Below, in pieces: positions 26,216 through 40,313 of a stretch of 64,000 nucleotides of DNA. This stretch comes from Octopus sinensis (lineage: Eukaryota). Location: contig NC_043001.1 of NCBI RefSeq assembly GCF_006345805.1, positions 93,124,001 to 93,188,000 of the forward strand. Reading direction: 5' to 3'. Below the pieces are notes generated by a model. That model saw nothing but the letters and a program-made list of their open reading frames with translations. It was not told the DNA's origin and ran no database searches. The position numbers and the translations under genes were made by a program. The stretch's first letter is position 1, and the number at the start of each line of letters is the position of its first letter.

Positions 26216-28144
26216 TCTTGTAGTAATAATAAAATGAAAAAATGAAAAGGAAGGCAACAATGATTACACTGATAAAAGAACAACTACGAGTAATTTCTAT
26301 TTTAAATAAATTAATTCTAAACCGAGAAGTTTGTTTTCTTCTTAATTAACAAAAATTATTTCGTGAGTAAAAAAATAATCCAAGTCTTCGTTGTTTTGAA
26401 TCGTTAGCATTTGTCGTCTGTTTCATGATTCACCGAAATGTGTCCAGACTCATTGAAAAATAAAACCAACAAACAAACGTGTTATACAGCAGACAGTGTA
26501 GTGTGATTCATGACATATGTTTGCTTCGATGTTCGGTTGAAATTATTTCAAAACGTGTTGGAGGAAGAAGAAGAAAAACACAAACAAAACAACCGAAAAG
26601 GAATTCTTCTTCTAAATAATAAAAAATATGACTAAAAAAGAAAAAATGAAAGTAAAACGCTATAGTCTGCGACATGTTAAAGCAGTGACTTAATGAAAGC
26701 AAAATAAGTAAGGACAGAAAATAAAGAAAATGAATAATAACCCATTACTCATCTGCATATTGTCAGTACAAAAGTTTTGATAAAATAAAAACAATATCAA
26801 ACAAACAACAGTATGTACATTAGCACGTACAATTGCAATGACAGGAGGTCTGCAAAATGTTGAAATCAAAGTTATTAATTAAAAATACGAGCACAGTATC
26901 TGTCAAAAACGATGGGGTTTGTTCTTGTTTCTTTTTAGTAATTTTTTTTTATAAATATTCCTCCTCGAACCTTTCTCCATTTTCTTCCTGTATCCGTCTG
27001 ATTTCATCCTCTTTCAGTTATTCTTATGCTTTTTATCACTAGCCTTGCGTCTGTTTCCTCTCGTGTTTCTTATTGTCACCATGCAGCAATACTGCTCTCT
27101 AACTCACATCAAGCCTACTCACGTAGAATGTTCTTCGCTGACTCGAAACTCGTATAGTGTTGTTGCTTATCCCCATATAAACCTAGATTGGAGTCTTGTG
27201 CTAAAAAGGCTTCAAGTCGTGACTACTCGTCAGTGTGTATAATATAGAAGCTACATTCTCTGATGCATCTTTTATATTTAAGGCAGAAGGATGTGATTTG
27301 AGAAGCTTTCTATTTCTTGCAGGCCAGCTAGTCAAATAGAAATTCCGTTAGTTGTTGTTTAGCATCAGGTAATCCCTGATAGAGCAGAGTTATAATCAAG
27401 GGTGTTTCAGTCGTAACTCTTTTGTTTATCTTTTTGCATACTAGGGACCGTATTGCTAAATGTGTCATTTCTGTTTAATACGACGTCATTCTAAAAGATT
27501 TGAAGGAAATCAGGCAACTTCTTTCTATTTTGACTTTTTATAAAAGCCTTCTTGCAATGAGAATCCGTCTTCTCTACCAAGACTAAATACTCTACTGTGG
27601 TCCCCATTTTTAAGGCGGAAGGGTATTATTCAAAGAAATTCTTTGCTATATTTAGCAGATCAAGTAAATAAATGAAGCTTTACTCATTAGCTCGGCGTTG
27701 TTTTTGGCGTCAGGTCAGGCTTAATTTAACCCATCAATGATGAAAAGCGTTACATACCTATAGATACGCTGACTTGAATCACTGTAGTTTCTGAAATTGG
27801 TCCAAGAAAATTGATCACCATCAGTTTCCACGATGAGTATCCAGTTGTTTGATCGACTGAATTATGTGCTCACTGAATTACTACGTAAGTGGCTGAGTAT
27901 TCCACAGTCACGTGAATGTTTAACGTGATCGTCAGGTAGAATCAATATGGCAGTGTGCGACAAGGCTATTCTTTTGAAATACAACCACAATTTAACCAAC
28001 GGGATTATATACAGTTTCTACGTTCACAAATTCATCCAGATAGCTCGAGTCAACCCGAGTCTAAAAAAAATACATTGTTCAAGTAGCCATGATAGGGAAT
28101 GAAACAAGAGTTGTGAGATTGTGAAAAGTATTTCTTTATAACTA

Positions 28145-28650
28145 CTAGCAGTATCGCCCGGCGTTGCTCGGGTTTGTAAGGGAAATAACTATATAAGCAT
28201 TTTTAGAGAGTTACTTCCCTTATAAATTCAGGCTTTCTTAGCCATTTTTGTTTTGGTGTTTTCAAGCCATGAAGTCGTTGTTCTAAAAGAACGCTGGTTT
28301 CCTTCACAACGCATTACGACGTTGATTTCTTTACACTCCCTTCCCCACAGCTTCACGAGGGAGGGAAGGGGGAGAAGCAAACAGGTGCAGCTGTGAGCGT
28401 GGACGCCAACTCCGCCGCCATCGACACACGATGCATTTTATGCATTAAAATGGAATAAAAAATGATGTTAAATTATTTTTAAAATCGTAGACTCATCGTT
28501 GACGCGCGCTAATAGTCAGACGGGCTCGATATGAATCACGACTATAAGATACCCGGTTTTGGTTAAACTGCACCGCAAAATGTGGGAGGAGTTAGGAATC
28601 TAAATCGAAGGGGACAGACACTCACACAGCTAGAGTTTTATATATATAGA
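28145..28650 (-). mobile_element. Non-autonomous Helitron
   Basis: A|TCTATATATATAAAAC 5' end; same 3' hairpin and CTAG|T as the 22037 element; different body. Confidence 0.8.
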
Positions 28651-28944
28651 TTTCGTCTCTTTGGGTCCTTTTTCCTTACACAGTCACACATACAACCTCA
28701 CCCACATTTCACATACATAAGTATCCATGTGTGAGCATACAACTACAGAAATATGGTCCAATACTCATACAAACCCGACATACATAGCTTAGCCTTTTGA
28801 TGGAGGTAATATTAATGCTGCAACCCTATAAAAGGGCATTTCGTTATTTTCCTGTAAAATATGTTCCATTGTTTCGAAGCCAGTGAAGCCGATGCAATAA
28901 ACTGTGTACAAATATATATGTATATATGTTTGCATACTATATAT

Positions 28945-29081
28945 AGGCGTAGGAGTGGCTGTGTGGTAAGTAGCTTACTTACGAACCACATTGGGCAAGC
29001 GCCTTCTACTATAGCCTCGAGCCGACCAAAGCTTTGTGAGTGGATTTGGTAGACAGAACTGAAAGAAGCCTGTGGTATATA

Positions 29082-29178
<97 letters not shown>

Positions 29179-29334
29179 TTGTGTGTCTGTGTTTATCCCC
29201 CCAACTGGTGTGTTTATGTCCTCGAAACTTAGCGGTTCGGCAAAAGAGACCGATGGAATAAGTACTAGGCTTACGAAGAATAAGTCCTGGGGTCGATTTC
29301 CTCGACTAAAGGCGGCGCTCCAGCATGGCCACAG
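28945..29334 (+). mobile_element. SINE family A (B-box region deleted, 3' truncated)
   Basis: AGGCGTAGGAGTGGCTGTGTGGTAAGTAGC head jumps directly to TTGGGCAAG. Confidence 0.85.
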
Positions 29335-29820
29335 ATAATACATACATATGCATACACATATACATACATGCATACATACATACATACATACATACATACA
29401 TACATACATGCATACATACATACATACACACATATACATACAACAGAGGTACATATAATATATACATATATAAGCTTGCATGTGTGCATGCGTCTTCATG
29501 TGTGTGTGTGTGTTTGTGAGAGAGAGTGTGTATTTGTGTGCGAGTGTATGTGTGAGTGTGCGTGGATGTATATGTATGTGTTGTATGATTGTGTGTAGCT
29601 TGTGGTTCTCTGTGTTGTTAAGCTGACTAATGTTGGCAACAAAATTTGCACGCATACACAGTAATCTACACGTTCTGAGACGGACGTGTTTCAGACACTT
29701 TATGTCTATCCACTTGTTCTAACACCCTCATATATATTGTGCTTGATAGGTTGCTACATTCTTCACCAGCAAAATAACATTTACGCAGTCGCATACGAGA
29801 CAGATACGCGCCCACACAAA

Positions 29821-29904
<84 letters not shown>

Positions 29905-29988
29905 GTCTGTCTATCTGTTTATCTATCTATCTATCATCTATCAATCTATCAATCTTTCTACCTATAGTATATTACACATACACACTCA

Positions 29989-30075
<87 letters not shown>

Positions 30076-30582
30076 GATAGATAGATAGATAGATATGTAT
30101 ATATTAGACTATGCACGTATGTTTGTATACACACACGCACACACACATACACCCATGTTTGTGATTGTGCATACGTGAGTTTGTATGTATGTAAATCTTG
30201 ATAAATTTTCCGTTTCGCTGCCTTTATTAGTGAAACGTGCCTAGAATAAAATGTGGAATTTGTTCTCATGATACGTCGAAGTAGCAAGACGTAAGACGCA
30301 CGAACAATCGCAATATGGTGGAAGAGAAAATAAAAAAAAAACAAACAAAAAAGACGTCTTGAACAGATTCGATTTTGTCTTTGACACTGTCATTATAGTT
30401 AAATATATTTAAACGGACCTGCAATGATTAAAATAGACAGTACAATAAGTCGTGTGTATTCATAACTCTAACATAATTCTAGCGTTTACCAATCATTTCA
30501 TAAGAAATATTGGAGTAAAATGTGGTAAATATTTTCATCATCACTAAACTGCCTTACTACATTATTCACGGAAAATATATAT

Positions 30583-30812
30583 ATTTCTTTACTACACACA
30601 ACGGGCTAAACATAGAGGGGACAAACAAAGACAGACAAAGGGATTAAGTCAATTACATCGACCCCAGTGCGTAACTGGTACTTAATTTCTCGACTCCCGA
30701 AAGGATGAAAGGCAAAGTCGACCTCGGCGGAATTTGAACTCAGAACGTAACGGCAGACGAAATACGGCTACGTATTTAGCCAGGCGTGCTAACGTTTCTG
30801 CCAGCTCACCGC
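30583..30812 (-). mobile_element. SINE family B (young)
   Basis: Near-identical to 15675-15905. Confidence 0.9.
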
Positions 30813-32128
30813 AATATATAGTCCAGCCACTGGACTAGGTAGAAATAACAACCAAATTTCCTCAAAGTATTAAAAAAGATAAAGTGGTACTCCTTCAATA
30901 ACGTAATACTTGATGTACTATGCTTAAAAAGAACAAAAAAGAAAAAGGAAAAAGAACTGTTATATATCACCAGATATATATGGTTGGAAGACATTCCAGC
31001 ATAACTCTACTAGATTTTATGTTGACTTTGTTTTAATCAAAAGTGACAAGAACAAAGTCGAGTGGGTAATTGAAATATATATTCTATAAGGTTGTAAATA
31101 TGTTCTCTGTCTTACTGCTTCAGGAGGTATGTTTTTTTTTTAATCCTAACTATAAATCACTCGAATTTCTCGTTAACATATTTTGTTGATACTCTCGTGC
31201 AAACATAATATTCACTGATTCTTGAACTTGTTATATTTCGTTCTAACCCAGAAATCTCTCGTATTTACAAATGAAATAGAGAACCGATATTTGCTGTCTC
31301 ACTCTCTAGAAATAGACAAAAAAATATTTTTCTATCGTCTTAAAGAAGTAAGTACTCACTAGATAGGGTACTTCTGAATAATTTATATGAGAAAATATGA
31401 TAGTCTGATAAATCAGCTATAACAAATATAACAGGTATGACGATACAAATAATATCCAGTATTTATATTAACTAAATTAATTTTGATCTTTTCCAAGGAT
31501 TCTCTGAGGAACTCCTTTCTCATTTGCATTGCGAATCAAATTTTTACCAGTTTCCACTTGCATAATTCTGTTTGTGTTCCAATCTCAAACACTTATTTTA
31601 TAGATTTGGACATAATCTTTGTAACCTCTTAGATATGGCCTAAACTTATTGGTTTCTTTCATATTTATTCATAGAAATACAAATCGATCTCCGTCGGTTT
31701 CGACAATGAGTATTCAGTTTTTATATCAACTGAATTACCTGATCGGTGAATTCGAGTGTAAGCGGTTAAGTATTCCATAGCCATATGTATTCTTAAAATA
31801 ATTCTCAGGTAGAATCTGCGTGAGTGTGTGACAAGAGTGGAATACAAACCATCTCAATATAGAAAGCTTCCTGAAACTGAATCTACTTTCTTATTTTCGC
31901 TTGTTTCTATTCACTCAGTATAATGTTTACAAAAAATGTTTACAAAAAATACTGAGCTAAACCACCACGCTCAAGGAAGCCCCTTGTGGTCTACAAAAAC
32001 GTTTACATAACTACGCATGACATTTACTATGTTCAAATATATCCAAACGAACAATGTACTTGTATAATTTTAATTATACACACACACACACACACACATA
32101 TATATTTACATATATATATATATATATA

Positions 32129-32460
32129 TTAATAGCAATGGTATGACAACAAAAGAATGAATGAGACCTCGATATTATGTAAATAGAGGAATTTATCTAT
32201 AATATAATATGTGACAATTATTCGGTTGCCATAATAAAACTCCGAGTTTCGGATGTCGGGGCAGAAATCTGCTCCGGCATCTCGTCAGTTATCAAGATAA
32301 TCAAAAAATGCTATGAAAATGACCGTTAAACAAAGGGAAATTACTATGTGAGTGACCGTTATTAAGACAAAAAACCTATTAAAATGACCGTTAAATAAGG
32401 GCAAAAAACCGAAGAGGAGAAAGTAAAAAAGTAAAAAATGCGCATAGAAATTGCATATGC
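32129..32460 (-). mobile_element. Penelope-like pLTR fragment carrying a hammerhead
   Basis: T-rich upstream part with three AACGGTCA motifs, an HHR, and a ~110-nt tail ending in (TA)n. Homologous to 39013-39186. Confidence 0.65.
32233..32293 (-). ncRNA. Type I hammerhead ribozyme (GUU triplet)
   Basis: GATAA-CTGACGA-G[stem II, about 12/14 bp]C-GAAA-CTCGGAG-T-T^TTATT. Stem III is ACTC-G-GAGT. Predicted cleavage 32238/32237. Confidence 0.75.
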
Positions 32461-32668
32461 ACGCATGTACATAGATACACATGCACGCACGCACACCCAC
32501 GTACATGTGCCTATATGCATATGTTCACTCACACTCGCGTGAAACACATGCATGTATACCCACATATAAACGCAACGATACACATGTACATATACATGTG
32601 CATATATACATACCCGCGCACACGCACACACACACACACATATATGCATATGTATGTATATATATGTA

Positions 32669-32699
<31 letters not shown>

Positions 32700-32726
32700 G
32701 CATGTATGTATATATGTATGTATGTA

Positions 32727-33232
32727 TGCATGCATGTGCGTAATAAATTCGGAACATTCGACACATAGGTATAAGATATTCGTGTATATGTTTTTCTTAA
32801 TTTTACTTATCGACACAAATAAAAACAGAATGTATTTAAAAAAGCATTTTCACAGAAAAGTACGTCATATATTCATTCTTTAATGTAGCATATATATATA
32901 TATATATATATATATGCATGTATGTCTATATGTATGTATGCAAGCATGCATGTATGTATGTTTGTATATCTGTATGTATATATGTATGTATGTATGCAAG
33001 CATGCATGTATGTATGTTTGTATGTCTGTATGTATATATGTATGTATGTATGCATGCATGTGTGTAATAAATTCGGAACATTCGACACATAGGTATAAGA
33101 TATTCGTGTATATGTTTTTCTTAATTTTACTTATCGACACAAATAAAAACAGAATGTATTTAAAAAAGCATCTTCACAGAAAAGTACGTCATATATTCAT
33201 TCTTTAATGTAGCATATATATATATATATATA
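32727..33232. repeat. Tandem duplication, period 324 bp
   Basis: About 170 bp of unique sequence (TAATAAATTCGGAACATTCGAC...TAATGTAGC) at 32741 and 33065, separated by microsatellite. Confidence 0.9.
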
Positions 33233-33553
33233 TAAAGATATTTTTACAAGAAGTGAAAAATAAATGGAACGAGACACATTAATTTGACGACCTTTAATTT
33301 AGGAAGTTGTTTCCGCCTTCGTCATTCTGTATTTTGTTTAGCGGCAGATGAAAAAATGATTTTTATTTCCTTCCGATGTTGTGGCCGTAAGCTTGAAATA
33401 TTGTCTATCTGTCTGATTGCAACGCATGTCTGCCTGCATGTCAGTCTGTCTGATTGCACGCCTGTCTGCCTGCATGTCTGTCTGTCTATATGTATGGATG
33501 TATCTGTCTACCTACCTACCTACCTACCTACCTACCTACCTACCTACATCCTA

Positions 33554-33601
<48 letters not shown>

Positions 33602-36150
33602 ACTTTAGTAATCCTTCCCTGGTGTTGCAAAATAAATTACTTATCATGGCTAAAGAAGTTGACACTGAATTGTGAGGGGCTACAAAGTCATTTATTTCTT
33701 TCTTAAACATCGCTTAAAGACTGCAAAAACCGTCACCTCATACGGACATACGCCCTCTTAATACTATTATAAGAAGGATTAAAGATTACTTAGTTTCCAC
33801 TATTTTAGTTTGTTTTTGGTGGAGATTATCGTCACATGGAATAACAACGAAGAAATATTTTAAATGTTATTGGAGTTATTAAGGTCGTTCCTAGCCACGA
33901 AGCGGCGTCTTCGAAATTTTCTGTTGGTCCTAATATTTACAACTGCAGAGCAAGTAAATTATCATCCCGCTGTGGTAATCTTCCTGGAGGAATTTGTTTT
34001 CGCAAAGGAATTTCATCTTTTATCCAATTCCCTGTATCTTAAATGCATAATATTTATGTACATAGTATTTATATGCAGTATCTGATCGGCGCTTCGTTCT
34101 TATATGCATTGTGTGCATTGATTGACTCGTTGATATCGAGAAAGTCAAACCCATCGCTTTTTTTGAAGGCGCATATCCTTTTTCCTTGTCCATGATGTTA
34201 ACACATTTGAAAGCTATTTTCCTTCATACAATAAAAAATTGTTTGAATGCTATCAAGAAAATGTTTACCATCATTTTGTAGATAATTGCTTTTGTCAAGA
34301 ATTTCTTTTTTAAGGAGACTGTTCGGTTTTGTCCTGAAGTTACAGTCAGCATTTTAGATGTTTCTGTTGGTCCATCAAAGTTTATGCATTATTAGGCTCT
34401 CGAGATTCTTCATGCAGCCGTAACTTGGACTGACGTTGTTTTGGTACTTCTTGGGAAATGGCTTTAAATTGTGGTTCATATATTTCATTCGTTGTCTGCT
34501 TGATTTTCTCCCATTTCTCATACACACATAATTATACCATACGTTATATATTTATTATATCATACCTTGATACTATGTGAACTAAGATCACCGTTGACAG
34601 GTCACTGGCATTTATAGAGTGTTAAACTCTTTCTGTATGGAAGTTAGGGACTCTTTCATAGAGTAACTGCTGCATTTGGTGAGTATATAAAAAAGTTTAG
34701 CTGCTTGTTTATCTGGAGACTTTCAGAATGATGTGGAACCCAATAAGGTCTGAAAATCGATTAAGGTTTTTGATTGATTCTACTTTTCAGTCACATCTGG
34801 GCCATGCTGGGGCGTTCATCATTTGTTCAATCTGCAGAGAAATGGCTACAATTTTCCCTGTTTATAACTATACCATGTTCATACATGCATGCATGCTACA
34901 TACATACATACATACATACACACATACATACATACACACATACATACATACATACATACATACATACATACATACATACATACATACACACACATATGTG
35001 TTTATCTATCTTTCTTTCGCTCTTCCTCTCCCTCTTTATATATACATATGTGTTTATGTGTGTATGTATGTGCCTGTGTGTGTTATGAACAGTGAAGAAA
35101 CATATCTATCTATCTATATATCTACTTCACTCTCTTTCTTTAAGAATTTAGCTATCTCTCTCTTTCACTCTCTCCCTTTATTCTCTCTATATATATTAGT
35201 ATGTGTATATATATTAGTATGTGTATATACATACACACATGTATATATATATATATGCATGTATGTATGTATGTATGTATGTATGTATGTATGTATGTAT
35301 TATCTCACATATACACACAGAGGAAGACCCTTATAAAAACACAAAAGAAATGAATATAAACAGCACGAAAGCGTTTATGGTACAAGAAATGAATTTTTAT
35401 TCTTTTTGTTTCGTATTGATTTTGAGTTCCATATATATCTAATATAGTCGTATTATATTAGTCGCTGAGGGTTAGATAGAAAGTTAAAAACGTAGTGTGT
35501 TCTGAATAGAAAAGCAGGGAGGGATTTGTCCTCATCATTATTCTGCGTAAGAGGCTCACACATTAACACACACATACACACACACAGAGGCAAGCACATA
35601 TACACATACACACTGGCATACACTCATACATACACAACCATACCTGCATTCATAGACTCATACACATACACATATATTCTGAGCAGACTATTTTCTGATT
35701 CAATTATGAAGGAAAATTTCCTTGAGAATGGATAAATAACATCTAACAATGTACTTTTATGATAGTAGATAATATAATAAGTAAGTAGTGCTAGAAACAG
35801 ACTAAATACAACAGCAACAACATAAGGAATAATAAAAATAACCGAACAAATACAACGTCTGTGTTATCATCTTTCTCAACAGCAACAACACACACAATAT
35901 AATAGAAATGTTAGAAATTACTACAATAAAATACGGAGACAGCTTCATTTGGTTCCATAAATATTTACTAAATATTTGTAGGTGTTGAGAAAGAAAAATT
36001 TAACAAACATCTACCTCTCTGTCTGTCTCTCTGAATATATATCTACAAATACGTACGGACATACATACATACACGCACACACACACACACACACACACGC
36101 ACACACAGACACACAGACACACACACAGACACAAACACACAGACACACAG

Positions 36151-36188
<38 letters not shown>

Positions 36189-36238
36189 GTATGTATATAT
36201 ATATAAATATTCAAATATATATATATATACATACATCT

Positions 36239-36309
<71 letters not shown>

Positions 36310-36473
36310 GATATATGCACACACACACACACACAGATATATACAGGAATATATATATATATATATAAGAATATATTTCTACCCGTGTTCAATAAAATAA
36401 CTTCGTTTTCTACTCTCTCTCTATATACACATATATATTTATGAAAATAAATAAATATATGTATATATAAATA

Positions 36474-36537
<64 letters not shown>

Positions 36538-37551
36538 ATGCGTGTGTGTGCATAATGTATATATAAACGTAAATAATAATGATGAAGAAGATGGTACACC
36601 GTGCATTTACTTATGACGAAAGGATTCCCGCGACAGGCCTAACTGGACTTTACTCATCAGAGAGTATGGAAGTATACTAGACATAGATTCTACACATTTC
36701 TTACATGGGTGTATATTAAGCTATTCAAGTCTTTGCCCAAATCACAAAGAAAACATGCATACATGCATGCACAAACATACATACATATTCAAAAAAGATT
36801 AAACGTAGTATAATAGAATAATGTAACAGACAATGAGAATAAGAGTTTAGTTGTTACAGGTTTTGCTCTTCAACAGTTTCCATATCTTTAATCCGTCGAT
36901 CTATCAATGTGGATAAATAGATTCGTTGACGGATTAAAAAGATAGAAAAACGGGTGGGTAGATATATCGACACATAGTTAAACCAAAGAGAAATAATCAT
37001 AGCGAATAGCTGTGGATGTTACTTCTACCTTTTGGTATAGCAACCCAGAGGTTGATGTCATGCTGGGGTATCGCCTATTGTTATTTTTTTTTTAGTTAAT
37101 TGGTTTTAAAGTTTATCTGTATTGTTAGAGAGTAGACAGATTCATACACTGAACGAAATGTAAGTAGAACATGGTAGAAAGATATATTGATTGATTGCCC
37201 CTTTTACATCTTCTCAAGAATCGGATGTTCAGAAAAACATAACATTTCATCATACATTTTTCAAAATAAACCTGGTATTTCCACAGGTACTGCTAGTCTA
37301 TATATTAATGCGCTAAGACCAAATGCGTTACGCTGTCATGTGGTTAGGTGAACGGAGAGGCGAAGAGGGAAGGAAAAGTTGGAAGAGGGAAATTAAAAAG
37401 GTAGGACATAGATGTTAATGACGTATGGTAGAAGGTAAGTAATAGTTATTACGTGGCTAAAAATTTGTTGGAGGGAGTGATATAGAAAGAGTTAGAAATA
37501 CTATGTTGGCAGAGGTGAAATGTTCAGGTAGTCAAGTTAAAAAAACAAAGC

Positions 37552-37599
37552 AGAGAGAGAGAGAGAGGAGAGAGGAGAGAAAGAGAGAGAGAGAGAGAG

Positions 37600-37632
<33 letters not shown>

Positions 37633-37644
37633 AAGAGGAGAGAG

Positions 37645-37685
<41 letters not shown>

Positions 37686-37695
37686 GAGGGAGGGA
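37552..37695. repeat. (GA)n purine tract
   Basis: Direct inspection. Confidence 0.95.
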
Positions 37696-38256
37696 AGGGA
37701 AAATTTAAGCCCCAGATAATATATTTTTTTGTGACTAATAAGAAAATAATATATTAGTTTTCAGTTTTTATCCCATTGCCAAATACATCGATGGGTAGAA
37801 CAGTAAAATGAAGGGTTATATTCGCTATAACAACAAACTTATCATAGACAGATTATGAGGTAAAATATGAATAAAAAGAATACAGTAGTTATTTACAACA
37901 GATAAGAAAGCGCGCTCGAGATAGAATAGGAAATGAAACTGTGAGAGAAGGTCAGAAAAATCTTAACATATAATGGAAAGCATAAACGTTAATGACACGA
38001 ATATTCTCTGTAATCAACACTCAAGCTCTTAGATTTATAAATTAACACCTGAAATATTGAGAGAATGGAGAAGCCATGTTCCCTCAATTACAGCGTTATC
38101 CAGAAGAACTGAAAGGTATTTTAAAATGAAAGTAATGCGGAATATGCAATTTCAAAACGTAACACTAATTTTTATGATTCTCTGTAAACTTCCAGCCATC
38201 TAAAAATTTCGTATTTACCGTGGGATCTCCATGATAATAACATGTATGTATTACAC

Positions 38257-38292
<36 letters not shown>

Positions 38293-38293
<1 letters not shown>

Positions 38294-39000
38294 TAGCATT
38301 AAAGACCCGTCGTTGCCGGGTCATAGTGCTAGTGCATGTATATATGTGTATATATATGTGTACATATTACATGTACATCTATATATATACATCTACACAT
38401 AAAATGCAAAATACAAAGTTATATCTTGATATCGCTAGTGATAACAATACTCAAAATATATAACAGACTGGAATTGTTAGCTCTTCTTTTTTTCTCTACA
38501 TTGTATACTTTATAGACAATAGTCTTTTCTTTAATTAAATGTTTTATTATCCATCTGGACAATTCCATTTCTGCACGCTAATTTTATTTTTAATTTATTC
38601 CCATTCATGTGAAACCACTTATTCAAGTTCAAATCATTGATGCAATTTTATACCAATTGCTATTTTAACTTTTGTTATGTTACGATTATAATTATTAGTT
38701 ACTACATATAATTCAATTGTTATTATTATTTTTATTGTTAAAATGAAAGCATCTGACATAAGATAGAGAAATATTTTTGTTTCACTTTTAACACGTAATA
38801 CTGAAATAGTGAAGATATGATATTGCTATGGGCTTGCTCTAGGCAAGAAGTTGAACATTTCTTATTGCCCATGAAACTACATGGACCCTAAGTAAGGCAT
38901 GTGTAAAATTTGAATGAAATTGGTTGTGTAGTTCTCAAGTTTTAGGGAAACACACAGACAGACAGACGGACACATATTCTCAGTTTTATATATATAAAGA
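38293..39000 (-). mobile_element. Non-autonomous Helitron (second family)
   Basis: A|TCTTTATATATATAAAAC...(TCTG)n 5' end; GACCCGGCAACGACGGGTC hairpin and CTAG|T 3' end, inside (TA)n. Confidence 0.8.
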
Positions 39001-39012
39001 TATATATATATA

Positions 39013-39186
39013 TTGATAGAAATGGTAAGACAAAAGAACGAAATAGATATCGATATTATGTAAACAGAGGAATTTATCTGTAAATATAATATGTGACAAT
39101 TATTCGGTAGCCATGATAAAACTCCGAGTTTCGGATGTCGGGGCGGAAACCCACGCCACCATCTCTTCAGTTATCCGGCCATCGAA
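39013..39186 (-). mobile_element. Penelope-like HHR-bearing fragment
   Basis: Homologous to 32129-32293; flanked by (TA)n on both sides. Confidence 0.65.
39108..39182 (-). ncRNA. Type I hammerhead ribozyme (GUU triplet)
   Basis: GATAA-CTGAAGA-G[stem II]C-GAAA-CTCGGAG-T-T^TTATC. Stem I extends via TGGCC/GGCTA. Predicted cleavage 39120/39119. Confidence 0.78.
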
Positions 39187-39243
39187 ATATATATATATAT
39201 ATATTACATACATATAACATAATATCCATCCATCCATCTATCT

Positions 39244-39321
<78 letters not shown>

Positions 39322-39323
<2 letters not shown>

Positions 39324-40313
39324 CTATAGGGGATTAGTGGAGGGGAGGTACGACGACGAGCTCGGGGCGAACCTGGACGTCGACGAGGAATACCTGACCC
39401 GCCTGTTCGGGACGACTTTCGGGCCAGGGCCCATGGACAACTTCCAGAGATTCCTGGCCTGGCAGTGCTACCGAGAAGCGCTACCCGTTCGGGATAAGCT
39501 CTCGACCTGCCCGAGATGCGGTCAGAGCGACGAAACCGTTCTGCACGCACTCGTGCAGTGTCCAACAATTTCCGACTTGTGGGCTTATGTCGAACAACTG
39601 CTGTCACGTGTGGGACAAGTCAGTTTATCAGCTGAGTCTATCGTCAATATTGTCACGCCTCCTTCCTTCAAACAGGAAGGAAGAGCTATTTTCATCATCC
39701 TAGTGGCTATGGCGAAAGAATGTATCTGGTAGACGCGTCTGAAAGGATTGGAGACAAACACTTTCCTCTCTGGTCAATCTCTCATCAACTTCTTCAAGTA
39801 CCACTTGAAAAGGAAAGTGAGAGTAGAGAGGCAAGTTTTGTCTAGCGAATGTTTTAAAAAAAGATGGGTGAATGTAGCAAGGATGGCACGTATGAATGAC
39901 GAAGCCACCTTGAGCATAATCCTATGAATCCAGAAATTGAAAACAGAGGGTTACCCACTTGCAAACAAATGTGGTAACATATAACAATATTGACCGAAGT
40001 TATCGTGGTCTTTTTCGTAGGCTTTTCTTCCCACGGATAAATCTTATCTGCTTCCCCCTTTACATCGTACATCATGACACTGTGATATACAATCCCTATT
40101 GATCGTTTTCTTTTCCTCTTCCCCTTTTTTTCCTCTTTTTTTCTTTTTTATTTTTCTTTTCCTTTTTTTCCCTTTTTTTTCCTTTTCCCCTTTTACGATC
40201 CCTTTTGATCGAAAACCTACGCCACTTTCTTTTTTTTTTCATCCCACAAAAGAAAAGCTCTACCTTGTAATTTGTCCCATCTGTGTGCAGCCCTGTGTGG
40301 CCAATAAAGAAAC
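39322..40313 (+). mobile_element. 5'-truncated Tx1/L1-like LINE (ORF2 C-terminus and 3' UTR)
   Basis: FYRGLVEGRYDD...CPRCGQSDETVLHALVQC (zf-RVT-like), premature stop at 39730-39732, frame continues to about 39927. Pyrimidine-rich 3' UTR and AATAAA; (TCTA)n on both flanks. Confidence 0.8.

Noticed and set aside
36610-36662. CTGATGAG on the minus strand
   Set aside because: No properly placed GAAA and no stems I or III.
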